This document shows positions 10,094 to 21,730 of a DNA stretch of 64,000 nucleotides, piece after piece. Both the position numbers and the translations under genes were made by a program. Positions within the stretch are counted from its first letter, which is position 1; each line of letters opens with the position of its first letter. The stretch covers positions 768,001-832,000 of the forward strand of contig OZ219791.1 of the NCBI GenBank assembly GCA_964291215.2, read 5' to 3'. Source of the stretch: Alphaproteobacteria bacterium (GTDB taxonomy: Bacteria > Pseudomonadota > Alphaproteobacteria > MPNO01 > UBA830). Under the pieces are notes generated by a model. The model was not told the DNA's origin. It ran no database searches and saw nothing but the letters and a program-made list of their open reading frames with translations.

Positions 10094-12022
10094 ATGGACC
10101 AGCGCAACCTCGTCGCCGCCATCGCGTTTTCCGTCGCCATCCTGCTGGGTTGGCAGATCTTTATCGAGGCGCCGAGAATCGGGCAGGAACAGGCGCGGCG
10201 CCAGGCCGAGGCCGAGCGCGCCGCCGTGCTGCCGCCCGCCGCCGGCGTCACGCCGCCCGCCGCGCAGGCCCCGCCGCCGACGGCTGGCGCTCCGGTCGCC
10301 GGCGCGCCCGTAGTGCAGACGCCGCGCCGCGAGGATGTGCTGGGAGCGTCGCCCCGGGTGCGGATCAACACCGACCGGGTGACCGGGTCGATACGCCTGG
10401 AAGGCGCGCTCATCGACGATCTCACCCTGACCGAATACCGCCAGGAGGTCGAGGAGGACAGCTCCCGCATCATCTTGCTGTCGCCGCCCGATACAGAGAA
10501 GCCGTACTTCGCGCGGTTCGGCTGGGTCGCCGCGACGCCCGGGGTCGAGGTTCCGGGTCCCGAGACGGTGTGGCGGGCGGACCGGGCGGAGCTGACGCCC
10601 GACAGGCCGGTGACGCTGACCTGGACGAATCCCGCCGGTGTCGAGTTCAGCCAGATAATCTCCATCGACCGCAATTTCATGTTCTCCGTCGTGCAGCGGG
10701 TTCGCAACGCCAGCGCGGGCTCCGTCTCGGTCAGTCCCTACGGGCTGGTCTCGATGACCGGGACGCCGGAGACATCGGGTTTCTGGATCCTGCACGAGGG
10801 CCTGATCGGCGTCTTCGACAACCAGCTGAAGGAAGTCGATTACGACGATGTCCAGGACGAGGACGGCGGCCAGATCAGGATCGCGGCGACGGGCGGCTGG
10901 CTCGGCATCACCGCCAAGTATTTTGCGACTGCGCTGATCCCGGACCAGAAGGCCGCCAACACCAGCCGGTTCGTGCATACCGCGCCGCAGCAGACCGACA
11001 AGTACCAGGCCGACTTTCTGGCGGCGGCGCTGACGGTGGCCCCCGGGGAGGCGGCGGAATTTCCGGCGCGCCTGTTCGCCGGCGCCAAGGAGGTGCTGCT
11101 CCTTGACGCCTACGAGGAGGAGCTGGGGATCCCGCGGTTCGACCGCATGGTGGATTTCGGGTGGTTCTACTTCCTGACCAAGCCGATCTTCTACGTCATC
11201 GAGTATTTCTACAGGATGCTGGGCAATTTCGGGCTCGCGATCCTGCTCCTGACAGTCATCATCAAGATCTTCTTCTTCCCGCTCGCCAACAAGTCCTATC
11301 GCTCGATGAGCCGGCTCAAGACACTCCAGCCCAAGATGATGGAGATCCGCGAGCGCTTCAAGGAAGACCGCCAACGCCAGCAGCAGGCGATGATGGAGCT
11401 GTACAAGAAGGAAGGGGCAAACCCGATGTCGGGCTGCTTCCCCATCCTGATACAGATCCCGGTGTTCTTCGCGCTCTACAAGGTGCTGTTCGTCACCATC
11501 GAGATGCGCCACGCTCCGTTCTTCGGCTGGATACAGGATCTCTCGGCCCCTGACCCCCTGGGCATCCTGACCCTGTTCGGTCTGGTTCCATGGGACGTTC
11601 CCCAGGCGTTGATCATCGTCAATATCGGTATCTGGCCCATCATCATGGGCGGTACGATGTACCTGCAGCAGAAGCTCAACCCGCAGCCGGCGGATCCGAT
11701 GCAGCAGAAGATATTCATGCTGCTCCCCATCGTCTTCACGTTCCTGCTCGGGAGTTTCCCGGCCGGGCTGGTGATCTACTGGGCCTGGAACAATCTTCTG
11801 TCGATCGCCCAGCAATGGCTGATCATGCGTCAGATGGGGGTCAAGGCATCCGGCGAACTCGTGAGCGCGTCCGCGCCGACCCCGCCGCCGCGCGGCGGCG
11901 GGGCCAAGGCCGCGGATGCCGGAGAGAAGACGGCGGCCAAGGCGGACGGCGGCGCTGCCGAGGCCGCGCAACCCAAGAACCAGAACCGCCGGAAGACGCG
12001 GCGCCAGCGCCGCCGCCAATAG
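10094..12022 (+). CDS. yidC: Membrane protein insertase
   Basis: DFGWFYFLTKP, GNFGLAI, NPMSGCFPILIQIPVFFALY, GLVIYWAWNN. Confidence 0.97.
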   Translation: MDQRNLVAAIAFSVAILLGWQIFIEAPRIGQEQARRQAEAERAAVLPPAAGVTPPAAQAPPPTAGAPVAGAPVVQTPRREDVLGASPRVRINTDRVTGSIRLEGALIDDLTLTEYRQEVEEDSSRIILLSPPDTEKPYFARFGWVAATPGVEVPGPETVWRADRAELTPDRPVTLTWTNPAGVEFSQIISIDRNFMFSVVQRVRNASAGSVSVSPYGLVSMTGTPETSGFWILHEGLIGVFDNQLKEVDYDDVQDEDGGQIRIAATGGWLGITAKYFATALIPDQKAANTSRFVHTAPQQTDKYQADFLAAALTVAPGEAAEFPARLFAGAKEVLLLDAYEEELGIPRFDRMVDFGWFYFLTKPIFYVIEYFYRMLGNFGLAILLLTVIIKIFFFPLANKSYRSMSRLKTLQPKMMEIRERFKEDRQRQQQAMMELYKKEGANPMSGCFPILIQIPVFFALYKVLFVTIEMRHAPFFGWIQDLSAPDPLGILTLFGLVPWDVPQALIIVNIGIWPIIMGGTMYLQQKLNPQPADPMQQKIFMLLPIVFTFLLGSFPAGLVIYWAWNNLLSIAQQWLIMRQMGVKASGELVSASAPTPPPRGGGAKAADAGEKTAAKADGGAAEAAQPKNQNRRKTRRQRRRQ

Positions 12023-12060
12023 GCCGGGACCGGCTGCCGTGAACGGGCGGGACGGGCGAC

Positions 12061-12720
12061 ATGACCGGTGACGGGCCGCAGCAGAGCGGGTTCGATGCCG
12101 ACGCGATCGAGCGCGGACGCTGGCTGTTCGCGCAGGACTGCGTCTTTGTCGCCGGCGCCGTGGACCATGCGGGCCTTCCCGAGGCGGCGCTGCCCGAGGT
12201 GGCGTTCGCCGGACGCTCGAATGTTGGCAAGTCGAGCCTGATCAACGCCCTCACGGGGCGGCGGGCGCTGGCGCGGATCTCGAACACGCCGGGGCGGACG
12301 CGTCAGATAAACTTCTTTCGCCTTCGCGACAGGCTCATGCTTGCCGATCTTCCCGGTTACGGCTACGCTCGGGCGTCGAAATCCGAGATCCGGAACTGGA
12401 CGAAGCTGATCTTCGCCTATCTGCGCGGCCGTCCGACGCTGCGCCGGGTCTGTCTTCTCATCGATGCCCGCCACGGCATCAAGGACTCCGACGAGGGTGT
12501 CATGCGGCGGCTGGACGACGCCGCGGTGTCGTACCAGATCGTCCTCACGAAATGCGACAAGGTCCGGGCCGGCGAACTCCAGCAGATCGAGGCCGGCGTG
12601 TCTGCCCGGATCGGGCGGCGCGTCGCGGCTCATCCCCATGTTCTGCGCACCAGCGCCATCCGGCCCGAAAGCATGGTGGATCTGCGTGCGGAGCTGGCGC
12701 TTCTGGCGGCGGCCGGATAG
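12061..12720 (+). CDS. yihA: GTP-binding protein YihA/YsxC
   Basis: GRSNVGKSS, DLPGYG, TKCD G-motifs. Confidence 0.95.
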   Translation: MTGDGPQQSGFDADAIERGRWLFAQDCVFVAGAVDHAGLPEAALPEVAFAGRSNVGKSSLINALTGRRALARISNTPGRTRQINFFRLRDRLMLADLPGYGYARASKSEIRNWTKLIFAYLRGRPTLRRVCLLIDARHGIKDSDEGVMRRLDDAAVSYQIVLTKCDKVRAGELQQIEAGVSARIGRRVAAHPHVLRTSAIRPESMVDLRAELALLAAAG

Positions 12721-12821
12721 CCGCTCCGCCCATCGCGCCGCCCGACCGACAGATTCGCCAGCACGGGGCGTTTCTGCGACGATGACGAAAAGGCGCGGGG
12801 AAGAATGAAGGATGCCTCCAG

Positions 12822-13328
12822 ATGACGGCCAAACCGCCCGCCCGGGATCGGGTCGCGCACGCATCGTAGGCCCTCGGCCTGTCGCTCGATCCGGCAGATC
12901 TGGATGAATTCGTCGAGATGGTCTGCGGCGCCGTCGAGACCTGTTGTCGGCCGCTCGACCGACTGCCCGACAACCTGCCGCCGGTACAGTATCCGCGTAC
13001 CGCCGGGCGCATCCCGGACGATGCCGAAGACCCGCTGCGCGCCTGGCACGTCATATCGACCATCAAGGGTAGCAGGCGCGGAAAGCTGAGCGGCAAGACG
13101 GTGGCGATCAAGGACAACATCGGCGTCGCCGGCCTGCCGATGATGAACGGCGCTTCGGTGCTCCAGGGCCGCGTGCCGGAGGCCCACGACCTTTCGGTCG
13201 TGCGCTGCCTGTGCGGCCGGGTGGCCATCATGAATCGCGGCCGCATCGTCGAGCAGGGGGCGACGGAGCAGGTCTTCCGCGCGCCACGGCACGACTGTAC
13301 CAGGGCCTTGCTTGCGGCCGCCCCCTGA
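12822..13328 (+). pseudogene. Chimeric pseudogene: amidase N-terminus fused in frame to peptide-ABC ATPase C-terminus
   Basis: AAGGA RBS, ATG 12822, in-frame TAG 12867; amidase KTVAIKDNIGVAGLPMMNGAS then abruptly HDLSVVRCLCGRVAIMNRGRIVEQG..F.APRHDCTRALLAAAP. Confidence 0.8.
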
Positions 13329-13480
13329 CCGACTTCCTGCCGGGGCCGGCTGATGTTCGGTGGAAAACGCGGTATCATGGCAACCTCGGCTTGCCGGCCG
13401 GGTTTCGGGCGAGCGCAGTCCTTGCGGGCCGGCATTCCCTCGTCATGAACGGCCATTGCGCCCCACCCGGGACACGTCCT

Positions 13481-14206
13481 GTGAAGCTGACCGATTTCAA
13501 GGTGTTGACCTTCGACTGCTACGGAACCCTCATCGACTGGGAAAGCGGCATGATCAGGGGGCTCGGGGACCTGGTACGGAGAGCCGACCGCGAACTGACG
13601 CGCGACGAGATTCTCGGGGCGCATGCTCGCCACGAGAGCGCGCAGCAGAAATGGACGCCGGCCAAGCCCTACGACGAGCTGCTGCAGACCGTCTACAGGC
13701 GCCTGGCGGAGGAATGGGGCGTGAGCGTGACCCGGGCGGAGTGCGAAGCCTACGGCCGCTCCGTCAGGAACTGGCCCGCCTTCGCGGACTGCCGGGATGC
13801 GCTCGGCTACCTGAAGCGGCATTACAGGCTTGTGATTCTGTCGAATGTGGACAATGACAGCTTCGCTGCGAGCAGCGAGAAGCTCGATGTCGAGTTCGAC
13901 GCGATCTACACCGCCGAAGACATAGGGTCCTACAAGCCAGCGGACCGGAACTTCGAGTACATGCTGGAGAAGCTTGCGGCCATGGGCATCGGGAAGGGCG
14001 ATATCCTGCATACCGCGGAGAGCATGTTCCACGACCACGGCCCCGCAAACAGGTTCGGCCTGACATCGTGCTGGATCTACCGCCGCCATGCCGAGGGCGG
14101 TTTCGGCGCCACCATGACTCCCGGAGAAATGCCGGGATACGAGTTCCGTTTCGACTCGCTGGCTGCAATGGTCGGGGCGCACAGCGAAGCGCTGGATGGT
14201 AGCTGA
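13481..14206 (+). CDS. Haloacid dehalogenase type II (HAD-IA hydrolase)
   Basis: FDCYGTLIDWE, ILSNVD, GSYKP, LHTAESMFHDH. Confidence 0.9.
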   Translation: MKLTDFKVLTFDCYGTLIDWESGMIRGLGDLVRRADRELTRDEILGAHARHESAQQKWTPAKPYDELLQTVYRRLAEEWGVSVTRAECEAYGRSVRNWPAFADCRDALGYLKRHYRLVILSNVDNDSFAASSEKLDVEFDAIYTAEDIGSYKPADRNFEYMLEKLAAMGIGKGDILHTAESMFHDHGPANRFGLTSCWIYRRHAEGGFGATMTPGEMPGYEFRFDSLAAMVGAHSEALDGS

Positions 14207-14342
14207 CCGGCGGCCGTGAAGCGGGCCCGTGCGGGCGCTCCCGGATCGCGCGGCGCTGAAGAACGCCCGGCGCGGCTGTCTTCGCCCCGCGAGCGGGTGT
14301 GTGATATACCGCGCACACCAATTTCCTCCCGAGGGTTTCAGG

Positions 14343-15287
14343 ATGGCCCCAGCCGCGAAGGACGACGGTTCGATGGATCCGGCGAACGCCAGATCACTCT
14401 TGCGCACGGCCCGGACGCTGTCGGAAGCGCTGCCCTATCTGCAGGAGTTCTCCGGCCGGACTTTCGTCATCAAGTATGGCGGGCATGCGATGGGCGACCC
14501 GAGGCTCGCGGGGCTGTTCGCGCGCGACATCGTTCTCCTCAAGCAGGTGGGAATCCACCCGGTCGTCGTTCACGGAGGCGGACCGCAGATCGGCCGCATG
14601 CTCGAACGGCTCCAGATCAAGAGCCAGTTTGTCGACGGGCTCCGTGTCACCGACCGCGACACGGTTGAGATCGTCGAAATGGTCCTTGCCGGCGCGATCA
14701 ACAAGGAAGTCGTGTCTGAAATCAACCGGGCGGGCGGGGCCGCGGTCGGGATCTCCGGAAAGGACGGGAATCTGATCCGGGCGCGCAAGCTCCGCCATGA
14801 GCGCAAGACGGATTCGAACATCGAAAAGGTGGTTGATCTCGGTTATGTCGGCGAACCGGTCGAGATCAACAATCTCGTGCTCGATGTGCTGGCGGGCTCG
14901 CACATGATCCCGGTGATCGCGCCGCTCGGCGTGGGCGAGGACGGGGAGACCTTCAACATCAACGCCGACACCGCGGCCGGCGCCATTGCCGGCGCCGTCG
15001 GCGCCGCACGGCTCATGATGCTGACCGACGTGGCCGGCGTGCTTGATACCGGCGGCGACCTGGTCAGCGAGATCGACACCAGCCAGGCGCGGGCCATGAT
15101 CGGGGAAGGAACAATCTCCGGCGGGATGATCCCCAAGGTCGAGACCTGCCTCGATGCTGTCGCAGGCGGTGTCGAGGCTGCGGTCATCATGGACGGGCGG
15201 GTTCCGCATGGTCTCCTTCTCGAGTTGTTCACCGAACACGGGGCCGGAACCATGCTCCGGCGCGAGGCGGAAAGCTCCGGCCCATGA
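14343..15287 (+). CDS. argB: Acetylglutamate kinase
   Basis: [33 protein letters not shown]. Confidence 0.96.
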   Translation: MAPAAKDDGSMDPANARSLLRTARTLSEALPYLQEFSGRTFVIKYGGHAMGDPRLAGLFARDIVLLKQVGIHPVVVHGGGPQIGRMLERLQIKSQFVDGLRVTDRDTVEIVEMVLAGAINKEVVSEINRAGGAAVGISGKDGNLIRARKLRHERKTDSNIEKVVDLGYVGEPVEINNLVLDVLAGSHMIPVIAPLGVGEDGETFNINADTAAGAIAGAVGAARLMMLTDVAGVLDTGGDLVSEIDTSQARAMIGEGTISGGMIPKVETCLDAVAGGVEAAVIMDGRVPHGLLLELFTEHGAGTMLRREAESSGP

Positions 15288-15991
15288 AGCCCGGAAACCT
15301 GCCGCAGGCCCGCGGGCTCGGCGATGTCGATACCTGGATCTTCGACCTCGACAACACGCTCTACCGGATGAGCAATCGCATGACGGCCCAGATCGACGAT
15401 CTCATGGGTTCCTTCATTCGCGAGCTCCTCGGCGTCGGCAGGGACGAGGCCTACAGGGTGCAGAAGGACTATTTCCGGAAATACGGGCTCACGCTGCGCG
15501 GCCTGATGCTGCATCACGCCGTTGACCCCGACACCTACATGGAGCATCTCTCGGCGCTCGATCTCTCGGACATCGGGCCCGATCCCGATCTCGGAAGGGC
15601 GATCGGCAGGCTGCCCGGGCGCAAGATCATCTATACCAACATGTTTTCCGGCCATACCGAGAAAGTCATCCGGCGCCTCGGTTTCTCCGGGCATTTCGAC
15701 GGGGTGTTCGACATCGGCACGGCCGACTATATTCCGAAGCCCGCGATCGAACCCTATCGAACCCTCTGCAACCGCTACGATGTCGATCCGCGGCGCGCCG
15801 TCATGATCGAGGACATTGCGAGAAACCTCGAACCCGCAGCGGAGCTCGGCATGGGCACGGTGTGGCTTCGTAGCGGCCCGCGGAGAGGGCCGGAGGTCAT
15901 CAAGACGGAGCACATCGACTATGTCATTGACGATCTTGTCGCCTGGCTGGACGCCGCGGCGGACGGTCTTTCTTCGGCTGGCGCGACGTGA
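15284..15991 (+). CDS. Pyrimidine 5'-nucleotidase (HAD)
   Basis: [24 protein letters not shown]; usual argB-dapD linkage. Confidence 0.9.
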   Translation: MKPGNLPQARGLGDVDTWIFDLDNTLYRMSNRMTAQIDDLMGSFIRELLGVGRDEAYRVQKDYFRKYGLTLRGLMLHHAVDPDTYMEHLSALDLSDIGPDPDLGRAIGRLPGRKIIYTNMFSGHTEKVIRRLGFSGHFDGVFDIGTADYIPKPAIEPYRTLCNRYDVDPRRAVMIEDIARNLEPAAELGMGTVWLRSGPRRGPEVIKTEHIDYVIDDLVAWLDAAADGLSSAGAT

Positions 15992-16061
15992 CGGCGCTGG
16001 CCAGCTGCACGGGCCCTGATCATGGGCCGCGGGGCTGCGAGAACTGCGGGAGAGGAACGAC

Positions 16062-16919
16062 ATGAACGCATGGGAACTTGAAAAGGCGATCGACGAGATC
16101 TGGGAGGACCGCGACGCCATCGGGCCGGACGGTACAGGCCCTGGCTGCGACGAGATCGAGGCGGCTCTCGACGGACTCGATTCCGGAATGTTGCGTGTCG
16201 CCGAGAGGCGCGGCGATGGCTGGTCTGTCAACCAGTGGCTGAAAAAGGCGGTGCTGCTGTCGTTTCGCATCTACGACATGACGCCGCTGCCCGGGGGCCC
16301 GACCTTCCCGGGCATCGGCGAAAGCCCCTGGTTCGACAAGGTTCCCTCGAAATTCGCTGGCTGGGATGACGCGAGGTTTCGCGAGGCCGGATTCCGCGCC
16401 GTCCCCAACTGCACCGTCCGCCGCTCGGCCTATCTCGCCCCGGGCGTGGTGCTCATGCCGAGCTTCGTCAATCTCGGCGCGTATGTCGATTCGGGAACGA
16501 TGGTCGACACCTGGGCGACCGTCGGCTCCTGCGCGCAGATCGGCAAGAACTGCCACATATCTGGCGGAGCGGGCATCGGCGGCGTGCTTGAGCCGCTGCA
16601 GGCGGATCCGGTAATTATCGAGGACGACTGTTTCATCGGCGCGCGTTCGGAAGTAGCCGAGGGCGTCATCGTCGAACGCGGCTCCGTCCTCTCAATGGGC
16701 GTGTTCTTGGGCCAGTCGACCCGGATCGTCGACCGCGCGACGGGCGAGGTCCATTACGGTCGCGTTCCGGCCTATTCGGTGGTCGTTCCGGGAACGCTGC
16801 CGGGACGGAAACTGCCGGACGGGAGTGACGGGCCGTCACTCTACTGCGCGGTGATCGTCAAGCGCGTGGACGAGCAGACACGTTCGAAGACGTCACTCAA
16901 CGAACTGCTCAGGGACTGA
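16062..16919 (+). CDS. dapD: Tetrahydrodipicolinate N-succinyltransferase
   Basis: [45 protein letters not shown]. Confidence 0.97.
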   Translation: MNAWELEKAIDEIWEDRDAIGPDGTGPGCDEIEAALDGLDSGMLRVAERRGDGWSVNQWLKKAVLLSFRIYDMTPLPGGPTFPGIGESPWFDKVPSKFAGWDDARFREAGFRAVPNCTVRRSAYLAPGVVLMPSFVNLGAYVDSGTMVDTWATVGSCAQIGKNCHISGGAGIGGVLEPLQADPVIIEDDCFIGARSEVAEGVIVERGSVLSMGVFLGQSTRIVDRATGEVHYGRVPAYSVVVPGTLPGRKLPDGSDGPSLYCAVIVKRVDEQTRSKTSLNELLRD

Positions 16920-18076
16920 TCGCCATTATCGACGCTCTCGAACTCGCGCGCGATCTGATCCGCCGGCCGAGCGTGACGCCGGCGGATGCCGGTGCGCTCG
17001 ATGTCCTCCAGTCCGCCGCCGAGGGGCTGGAGTTCGCCTGCCATCGGCTGACCTTCAGCGAGGCCGGCACCGACGATGTCGACAATCTCTATGCGCGCCT
17101 CGGCACCGGGGCGCCGAATTTCTGCTTTGCCGGCCACACCGATGTGGTTCCGCCTGGCGATGCCGAGTCGTGGAGTTCCGACCCGTTCGGTGCCGTGGTC
17201 GCCGACGGCGTGCTCTACGGGCGCGGCGCAGCCGACATGAAGAGCGCGATCGCTGCCTTCATGGAGGCGGTGGCGCGCTTCCGGGGACGGCGCCGCGGCA
17301 GTTTCGACGGCTCGATCAGCCTCCTGATCACGGGCGACGAGGAAGGCAAGGCGATAAACGGGACCAGAAAGGTTCTCGAATGGATGGCTGGCCGCGGCGA
17401 GACCATCGATGTCTGCCTGGTCGGTGAGCCGAGCAACCCGCTGGCGCTTGGCGACATGATCAAGATCGGGCGTCGCGGAAGCCTGACCGGAAAGCTCGTC
17501 GTTACCGGCGTCCAGGGGCACACCGCTTATCCGGACCAGGCCGACAACCCACTGCCGCGCCTGATCGCCATGCTGTCGGCGATCGTCGGGACGCCGCTTG
17601 ACGAAGGCACTGCCCATTTCCAGCCGTCCAATCTGCAGTTGACGACGATCGATGTCGACAACCCCGCGCCCAATGTCATCCCCGAGCGGGCGAGCGCGGG
17701 TTTCAACATCAGGTTCAATGACCTGCACACGGGCGACAGCCTGACATCGTGGCTGCGCGAGCAAATGGATGGCGTCGGCGGGGATTACGACCTTGATATC
17801 CATGTCTCGGGCGAGGCGTTTCTTACCCCGCCGGGTGAATTTTCCGAGCTCATCGTTCGCGCGGTGCGCGAAGTCACGGGCAGGGTGCCGGAGTTGGGCA
17901 CCACCGGCGGCACCTCGGACGCCCGCTTCATCAAGGACTACTGTCCCGTGGCCGAGTTCGGACTCGTCGGTCAGACCATGCACAAGGTTGATGAGCGGAT
18001 TGCGGTCTCTGACGTGCGGGTGCTGGTCGAAATCTATGAATCAGTGCTGGAGGAGTATTTCGCCGGCGTTGCCTGA
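16916..18076 (+). CDS. dapE: Succinyl-diaminopimelate desuccinylase
   Basis: [38 protein letters not shown]; homologous N-terminus [15 protein letters not shown] extends upstream of the called GTG at 16973. Confidence 0.94.
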   Translation: MIAIIDALELARDLIRRPSVTPADAGALDVLQSAAEGLEFACHRLTFSEAGTDDVDNLYARLGTGAPNFCFAGHTDVVPPGDAESWSSDPFGAVVADGVLYGRGAADMKSAIAAFMEAVARFRGRRRGSFDGSISLLITGDEEGKAINGTRKVLEWMAGRGETIDVCLVGEPSNPLALGDMIKIGRRGSLTGKLVVTGVQGHTAYPDQADNPLPRLIAMLSAIVGTPLDEGTAHFQPSNLQLTTIDVDNPAPNVIPERASAGFNIRFNDLHTGDSLTSWLREQMDGVGGDYDLDIHVSGEAFLTPPGEFSELIVRAVREVTGRVPELGTTGGTSDARFIKDYCPVAEFGLVGQTMHKVDERIAVSDVRVLVEIYESVLEEYFAGVA

Positions 18077-18365
18077 CGGTCTCTCCGTCAGACAAGATCG
18101 CCGTGGCTGCACCGGCGCATCAGCACATCTGGCAAGCGTTCGTTCGTGCGGTGAGGGGTTGTTGTTTCCGTCCGTTCGAGGGGCTTTTGTCAGGGAGTTC
18201 CAGCGTTACCCGGAGCAGTTTCGTGCACGGCTGGGCGGGATGCGCGGTGAGGTTGGGCGAGCACTGGCGCCATGCGGTGTTTTCCGCATTGGTTGCGGTT
18301 TTGTCCCGGCGCTGCGAGAAGGAGCTGAGCGTCATCCTGTGCTGGCCGCGCTTCGATGACGCCCG

Positions 18366-18860
18366 CTACCCCTTCTCGCTCTTGCGCCCGTACATCGACG
18401 ACCTGCTCGAACGAAGCTTGTTGCGCTCCGCCTCAAGCGCCCTAACTCGCTCCTTCAGAACCTTCTCCTTGGTCTTCAGGCCGGCATTCTCCATGCGCAG
18501 CGACACCACCGTCGACCGCTTCCGCGCGTCAACGCCGGCCTCGGCAAGAAGCCCGCCTGGACGCGCAACCTGCTGTTTCAGCGCAAGAGACTGCTTTGCT
18601 GTCCGCCGAACTTCCTTGATCTCCGCACGGGCAGCTGACAGCTTCTCACGATTGCTCTCGAAAATCGCCTTCAGGGAATTCGCGCGGCTGCGCTCCTCCA
18701 CCTCCTGCAAGCGCAGCTCCTCACAGCGACCCTCCGCAGCCTCGGCTCGAATACGCTCGCGATCGTACAGGGACTTCCAGGTGGCCGAATCACGACACGA
18801 CGACTGCGGCATGTCGCCAGCGGCGTCCGCACCCGATGATGACACGAAATCCTCGATGCA
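18366..18860 (-). pseudogene. IS66 TnpC N-terminal coiled-coil fragment
   Basis: Coiled coil ending MYGRKSEK, typical of the IS66 leucine-zipper region; catalytic domain missing. Confidence 0.65.
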
Positions 18861-18882
18861 CATGACCATGCACGACCTGATG

Positions 18883-19066
18883 CAGGGCTCTTCTTTTGTC
18901 CGGTTCCGTCCGACGAGGGGGCGTTGTAGGCAGATCTGGAGGTCCATTCGGGGGCGGATTTCGTTGTCGATATGCCGGTTCCGACCTTGAGACGGTGCCA
19001 CCAACTTCAAGAACGGTCACTCTGACACGCATGTCCGTCGCCGATCGCGACAACAGAATGGTCCTG
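18883..19066. mobile_element. MITE family B (~183 bp), copy 1
   Basis: Imperfect TIRs CAGGGCTCTTCTTTTGTC / CAGGACCATTCTGTTGTC; 10-bp TSD CGACCTGATG / CGACTTGATG; inverted near-copy at 31791-31972. Confidence 0.9.
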
Positions 19067-19200
19067 CGACTTGATGGCACCGCCAAAAAAATTTACAGCC
19101 CCCTTCTCCGAATCACCAAAATAAACCTCGGCGCAGATCGTCATCACCGCACGAACGAACGCTTACCATATCTGAGCATCATTGTAATAACTTTTCCGGC

Positions 19201-19427
19201 ATGAGAACCACATTGAACATCGGCGACGAGATCCTTGAGACGGCGAAGTCGATTGCCGGAGAACGAAATCTCTCGGTGGGCGCGGTGCTGTTCGAGTTAG
19301 CGCGACGCGGATTGCAGCAGGCGACGACAATCCGGCCCGAGCGAAAAGGGGGCCCGTGTTCGGCATCTTTGACGACAGCACGCCTCTCATCCTTGATCGC
19401 GTCAAGCGGCATGAGAACGAGTCCTGA
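19201..19427 (+). pseudogene. VapB-like (RHH) antitoxin, frameshifted, followed by a few codons of a VapC-like toxin
   Basis: MRTTLNIGDEILETAKSIAGERNLSVGAVLFELARRGL; 1-nt shift near 19350 restores PVFGIFDDSTPLILDRVKRHENES*; overlapping TFLLDA (PIN N-terminus) then lost. Confidence 0.7.
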
Positions 19428-19508
19428 CCTTCCTTCTCGATGCCCAGATTAAACTCCGAACCGAAGCACATTGATTGTCTCTCCACGGAGGTGGTGTAGA
19501 GGGCGGGT

Positions 19509-20249
19509 TCAATCGTATTTCACCGCTCTCAGACAGAGTCCGCTGGCGGGCGCGGTCGGCCCTGCTGCGCCCCGATAGCGGGCCTCGAGCGCTGCCGCGA
19601 CATCGTCCGTGGACCATCGTCCCGCGCCGACGCACTCGAGCGTCCCGACCATGCTGCGGACCTGGCGGTGGAGAAACGAGCGCGCCTCGGCCGTTACGCG
19701 GATCTCGTCGCCGACCCGGCGGACCTCCAGCAGGTCCAGGGTCTTTACCGGCGATTTTGCTTGGCATTCGCTCGCGCGGAAGGTGGTGAAGTCGTGGTGG
19801 CCAACAAGCCGCTGCGCGGCTAGGTCCATGGCATTTGCGTCGAGCGGCGGCCCGACATGCCATACCCGTCCCCGATCGAGGGCCGGCGGCGGCCGGCGGT
19901 TGAGAATGCGGTAGAGATAGATGCGCCTCGTGGCCGAGAATCGCGCGTCGAACCCGTCGTCGACATCTTCGGCTTCGACGACAGAAATCCTCTGGTTCCG
20001 AAGATGGGCGTTCACGGCGGAGCGAAGCGTGTCCGCATCGCCGGACCTGGCGAGATCGACATGGGCAACCTGACCAAGCGCGTGCACGCCAGCGTCTGTC
20101 CGCCCGGCGCCGAATACCCGCACGGTCTCGCCGGAGTATGCGAATACGGCCTCCTCGAGGGCGGCCTGAATGGATGGTCCGTTCCGCTGGCGCTGCCAGC
20201 CAACGTATCCGGTGCCGTCATATTCGACGGTCATGCGGTAGCGCGTCAT
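19509..20249 (-). CDS. truA: tRNA pseudouridine(38-40) synthase
   Basis: [44 protein letters not shown]. Confidence 0.96.
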   Translation of the reverse strand: MTRYRMTVEYDGTGYVGWQRQRNGPSIQAALEEAVFAYSGETVRVFGAGRTDAGVHALGQVAHVDLARSGDADTLRSAVNAHLRNQRISVVEAEDVDDGFDARFSATRRIYLYRILNRRPPPALDRGRVWHVGPPLDANAMDLAAQRLVGHHDFTTFRASECQAKSPVKTLDLLEVRRVGDEIRVTAEARSFLHRQVRSMVGTLECVGAGRWSTDDVAAALEARYRGAAGPTAPASGLCLRAVKYD

Positions 20250-21160
20250 GCGAGCACGGTTCCCGGAGGGAGGGCATAGCCGCGCAGGAACTCTTCCACG
20301 GCCATTGCCGGCCTGCCGGCGCGCTGAATCTCGTCTATCGCGAGCGCATCCTTTCCGCAGGCGACGCGAAGCGGTTCGCTGATCACCGTTCCCGGCGACC
20401 CCGACCCCGGAAAGATTCGCGCCCTCAGGATCCGGAGGCGCGCGCCTTCGTGTTCGCACCAGGTCCCGGGCCACGGGTTGAAGGCCCGGATCCGGCGTTC
20501 TGTCGCGGCCGCGTCATCCGACCAGTCGATCCTGCCTTCGCCGCGCACGAGGCGCGGCGCGTGGGTCGCGTCTTCTTCGGCCTGCGCCCTCGGCTCCGGA
20601 AGGGGCGAACGCAACATTTCCGTTATCCGCCGTGCGCCCAGTTCCGCGAGCCGGTCGTGCAGAACCGGAGCCGTGATATCGGGACCGATTGCGACCGGGG
20701 CAGCGCGGAGGATGGGGCCGGTGTCGATGCCTTCGTCCATCTGCATGAGGGTTATCCCGGTTTCGCTGTCTCCCGCGGCGATGGCGCGCTGGATCGGCGC
20801 GGCGCCGCGCCAGCGCGGGAGGAGCGAGGCATGGACATTGATGCAGCCCTGGCGCGGAGCCGCGAGAATCGCGGCCGGCAGCAGCAGCCCGTACGCGACG
20901 ACAACGGCGATATCGGCATCGAGGCTTGCGAACGCCGCCTGCTCCTCAGCGGCCCTGAGGCCGGACGGGGTGCGTACCGCGATGCTGTTCGCCGAAGCGA
21001 ACTCATGCACCGGCGAGTGTTGTTCGCGATGCCCGCGGCCCGCCGGTCTGGGCGCGCGCGTATAGGCGCAGAGAATTTGGTGGCCGTCGACGACCAGCGC
21101 CTCGAGGGTGGCGACCGCGAATTCGGGCGTTCCCATGAAGACGATTTTCTGTGGCGGCAT
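20246..21160 (-). CDS. fmt: Methionyl-tRNA formyltransferase
   Basis: [37 protein letters not shown]. Confidence 0.97.
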   Translation of the reverse strand: MPPQKIVFMGTPEFAVATLEALVVDGHQILCAYTRAPRPAGRGHREQHSPVHEFASANSIAVRTPSGLRAAEEQAAFASLDADIAVVVAYGLLLPAAILAAPRQGCINVHASLLPRWRGAAPIQRAIAAGDSETGITLMQMDEGIDTGPILRAAPVAIGPDITAPVLHDRLAELGARRITEMLRSPLPEPRAQAEEDATHAPRLVRGEGRIDWSDDAAATERRIRAFNPWPGTWCEHEGARLRILRARIFPGSGSPGTVISEPLRVACGKDALAIDEIQRAGRPAMAVEEFLRGYALPPGTVLA

Positions 21161-21196
21161 TCTGCCGGGTCTCCCGCGTCTGCGCGGATCGCAGGG

Positions 21197-21730
21197 TCAG
21201 GCGTGAGCCCCGACCTTGCCCGCGCGGGCGCGCTTTTCCTTCTTCAGTTTGCGGAGAATGATGCCGCGACGCACGGTCGAGAGGTGATCGACGAACAGGA
21301 TGCCGTCGAGATGATCGATTTCGTGCTGGAGGCAGGTTGCCAGTATGCCGTGGAAATCCTCTTCCCGGCGGCAGTTGGAATGGTCGATATAGGAGATGCG
21401 CACGCGGGCCGGACGGTTGATCTCGGCATAATGCTCCGGCAGCGACAGGCATCCTTCCTCGTAAGCCAGCATCTCGTCCGACATGCTGACGATTTCGGGA
21501 TTGGCCATCTGGACGGGCTGCAACTCCTCGTCGTGACGGGCGACGTCTGCTACGATGACACGCTGCAGGCGCCCGACTTGCGGTGCCGAAAGGCCGATTC
21601 CCGGCGCGGCGTACATGGTCTCGAGCATGTCGTCCATCAGACGCCGAACATCGTCGTCGACGGCCGTCACGGCGGCCGATACCCTCTTGAGCCGCCGGTC
21701 CGGCGCGATCAGAATTGGCAGGATTGCCAA
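21197..21730 (-). CDS. def: Peptide deformylase
   Basis: GIGLSAPQVG, EGCLS, QHEIDHLDG. Confidence 0.97.
   Translation of the reverse strand: MAILPILIAPDRRLKRVSAAVTAVDDDVRRLMDDMLETMYAAPGIGLSAPQVGRLQRVIVADVARHDEELQPVQMANPEIVSMSDEMLAYEEGCLSLPEHYAEINRPARVRISYIDHSNCRREEDFHGILATCLQHEIDHLDGILFVDHLSTVRRGIILRKLKKEKRARAGKVGAHA

Larger units (their letters stand above)
18132..19166 (-). mobile_element. Internally deleted IS66-family element
   Basis: 22-bp TIRs G(C/T)AAGCGTTCGTTCGTGCGGTG; 8-bp TSD CACATCTG (18124-31) / CATATCTG (19167-74); carries a TnpC N-terminal fragment and a MITE. Confidence 0.85.
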
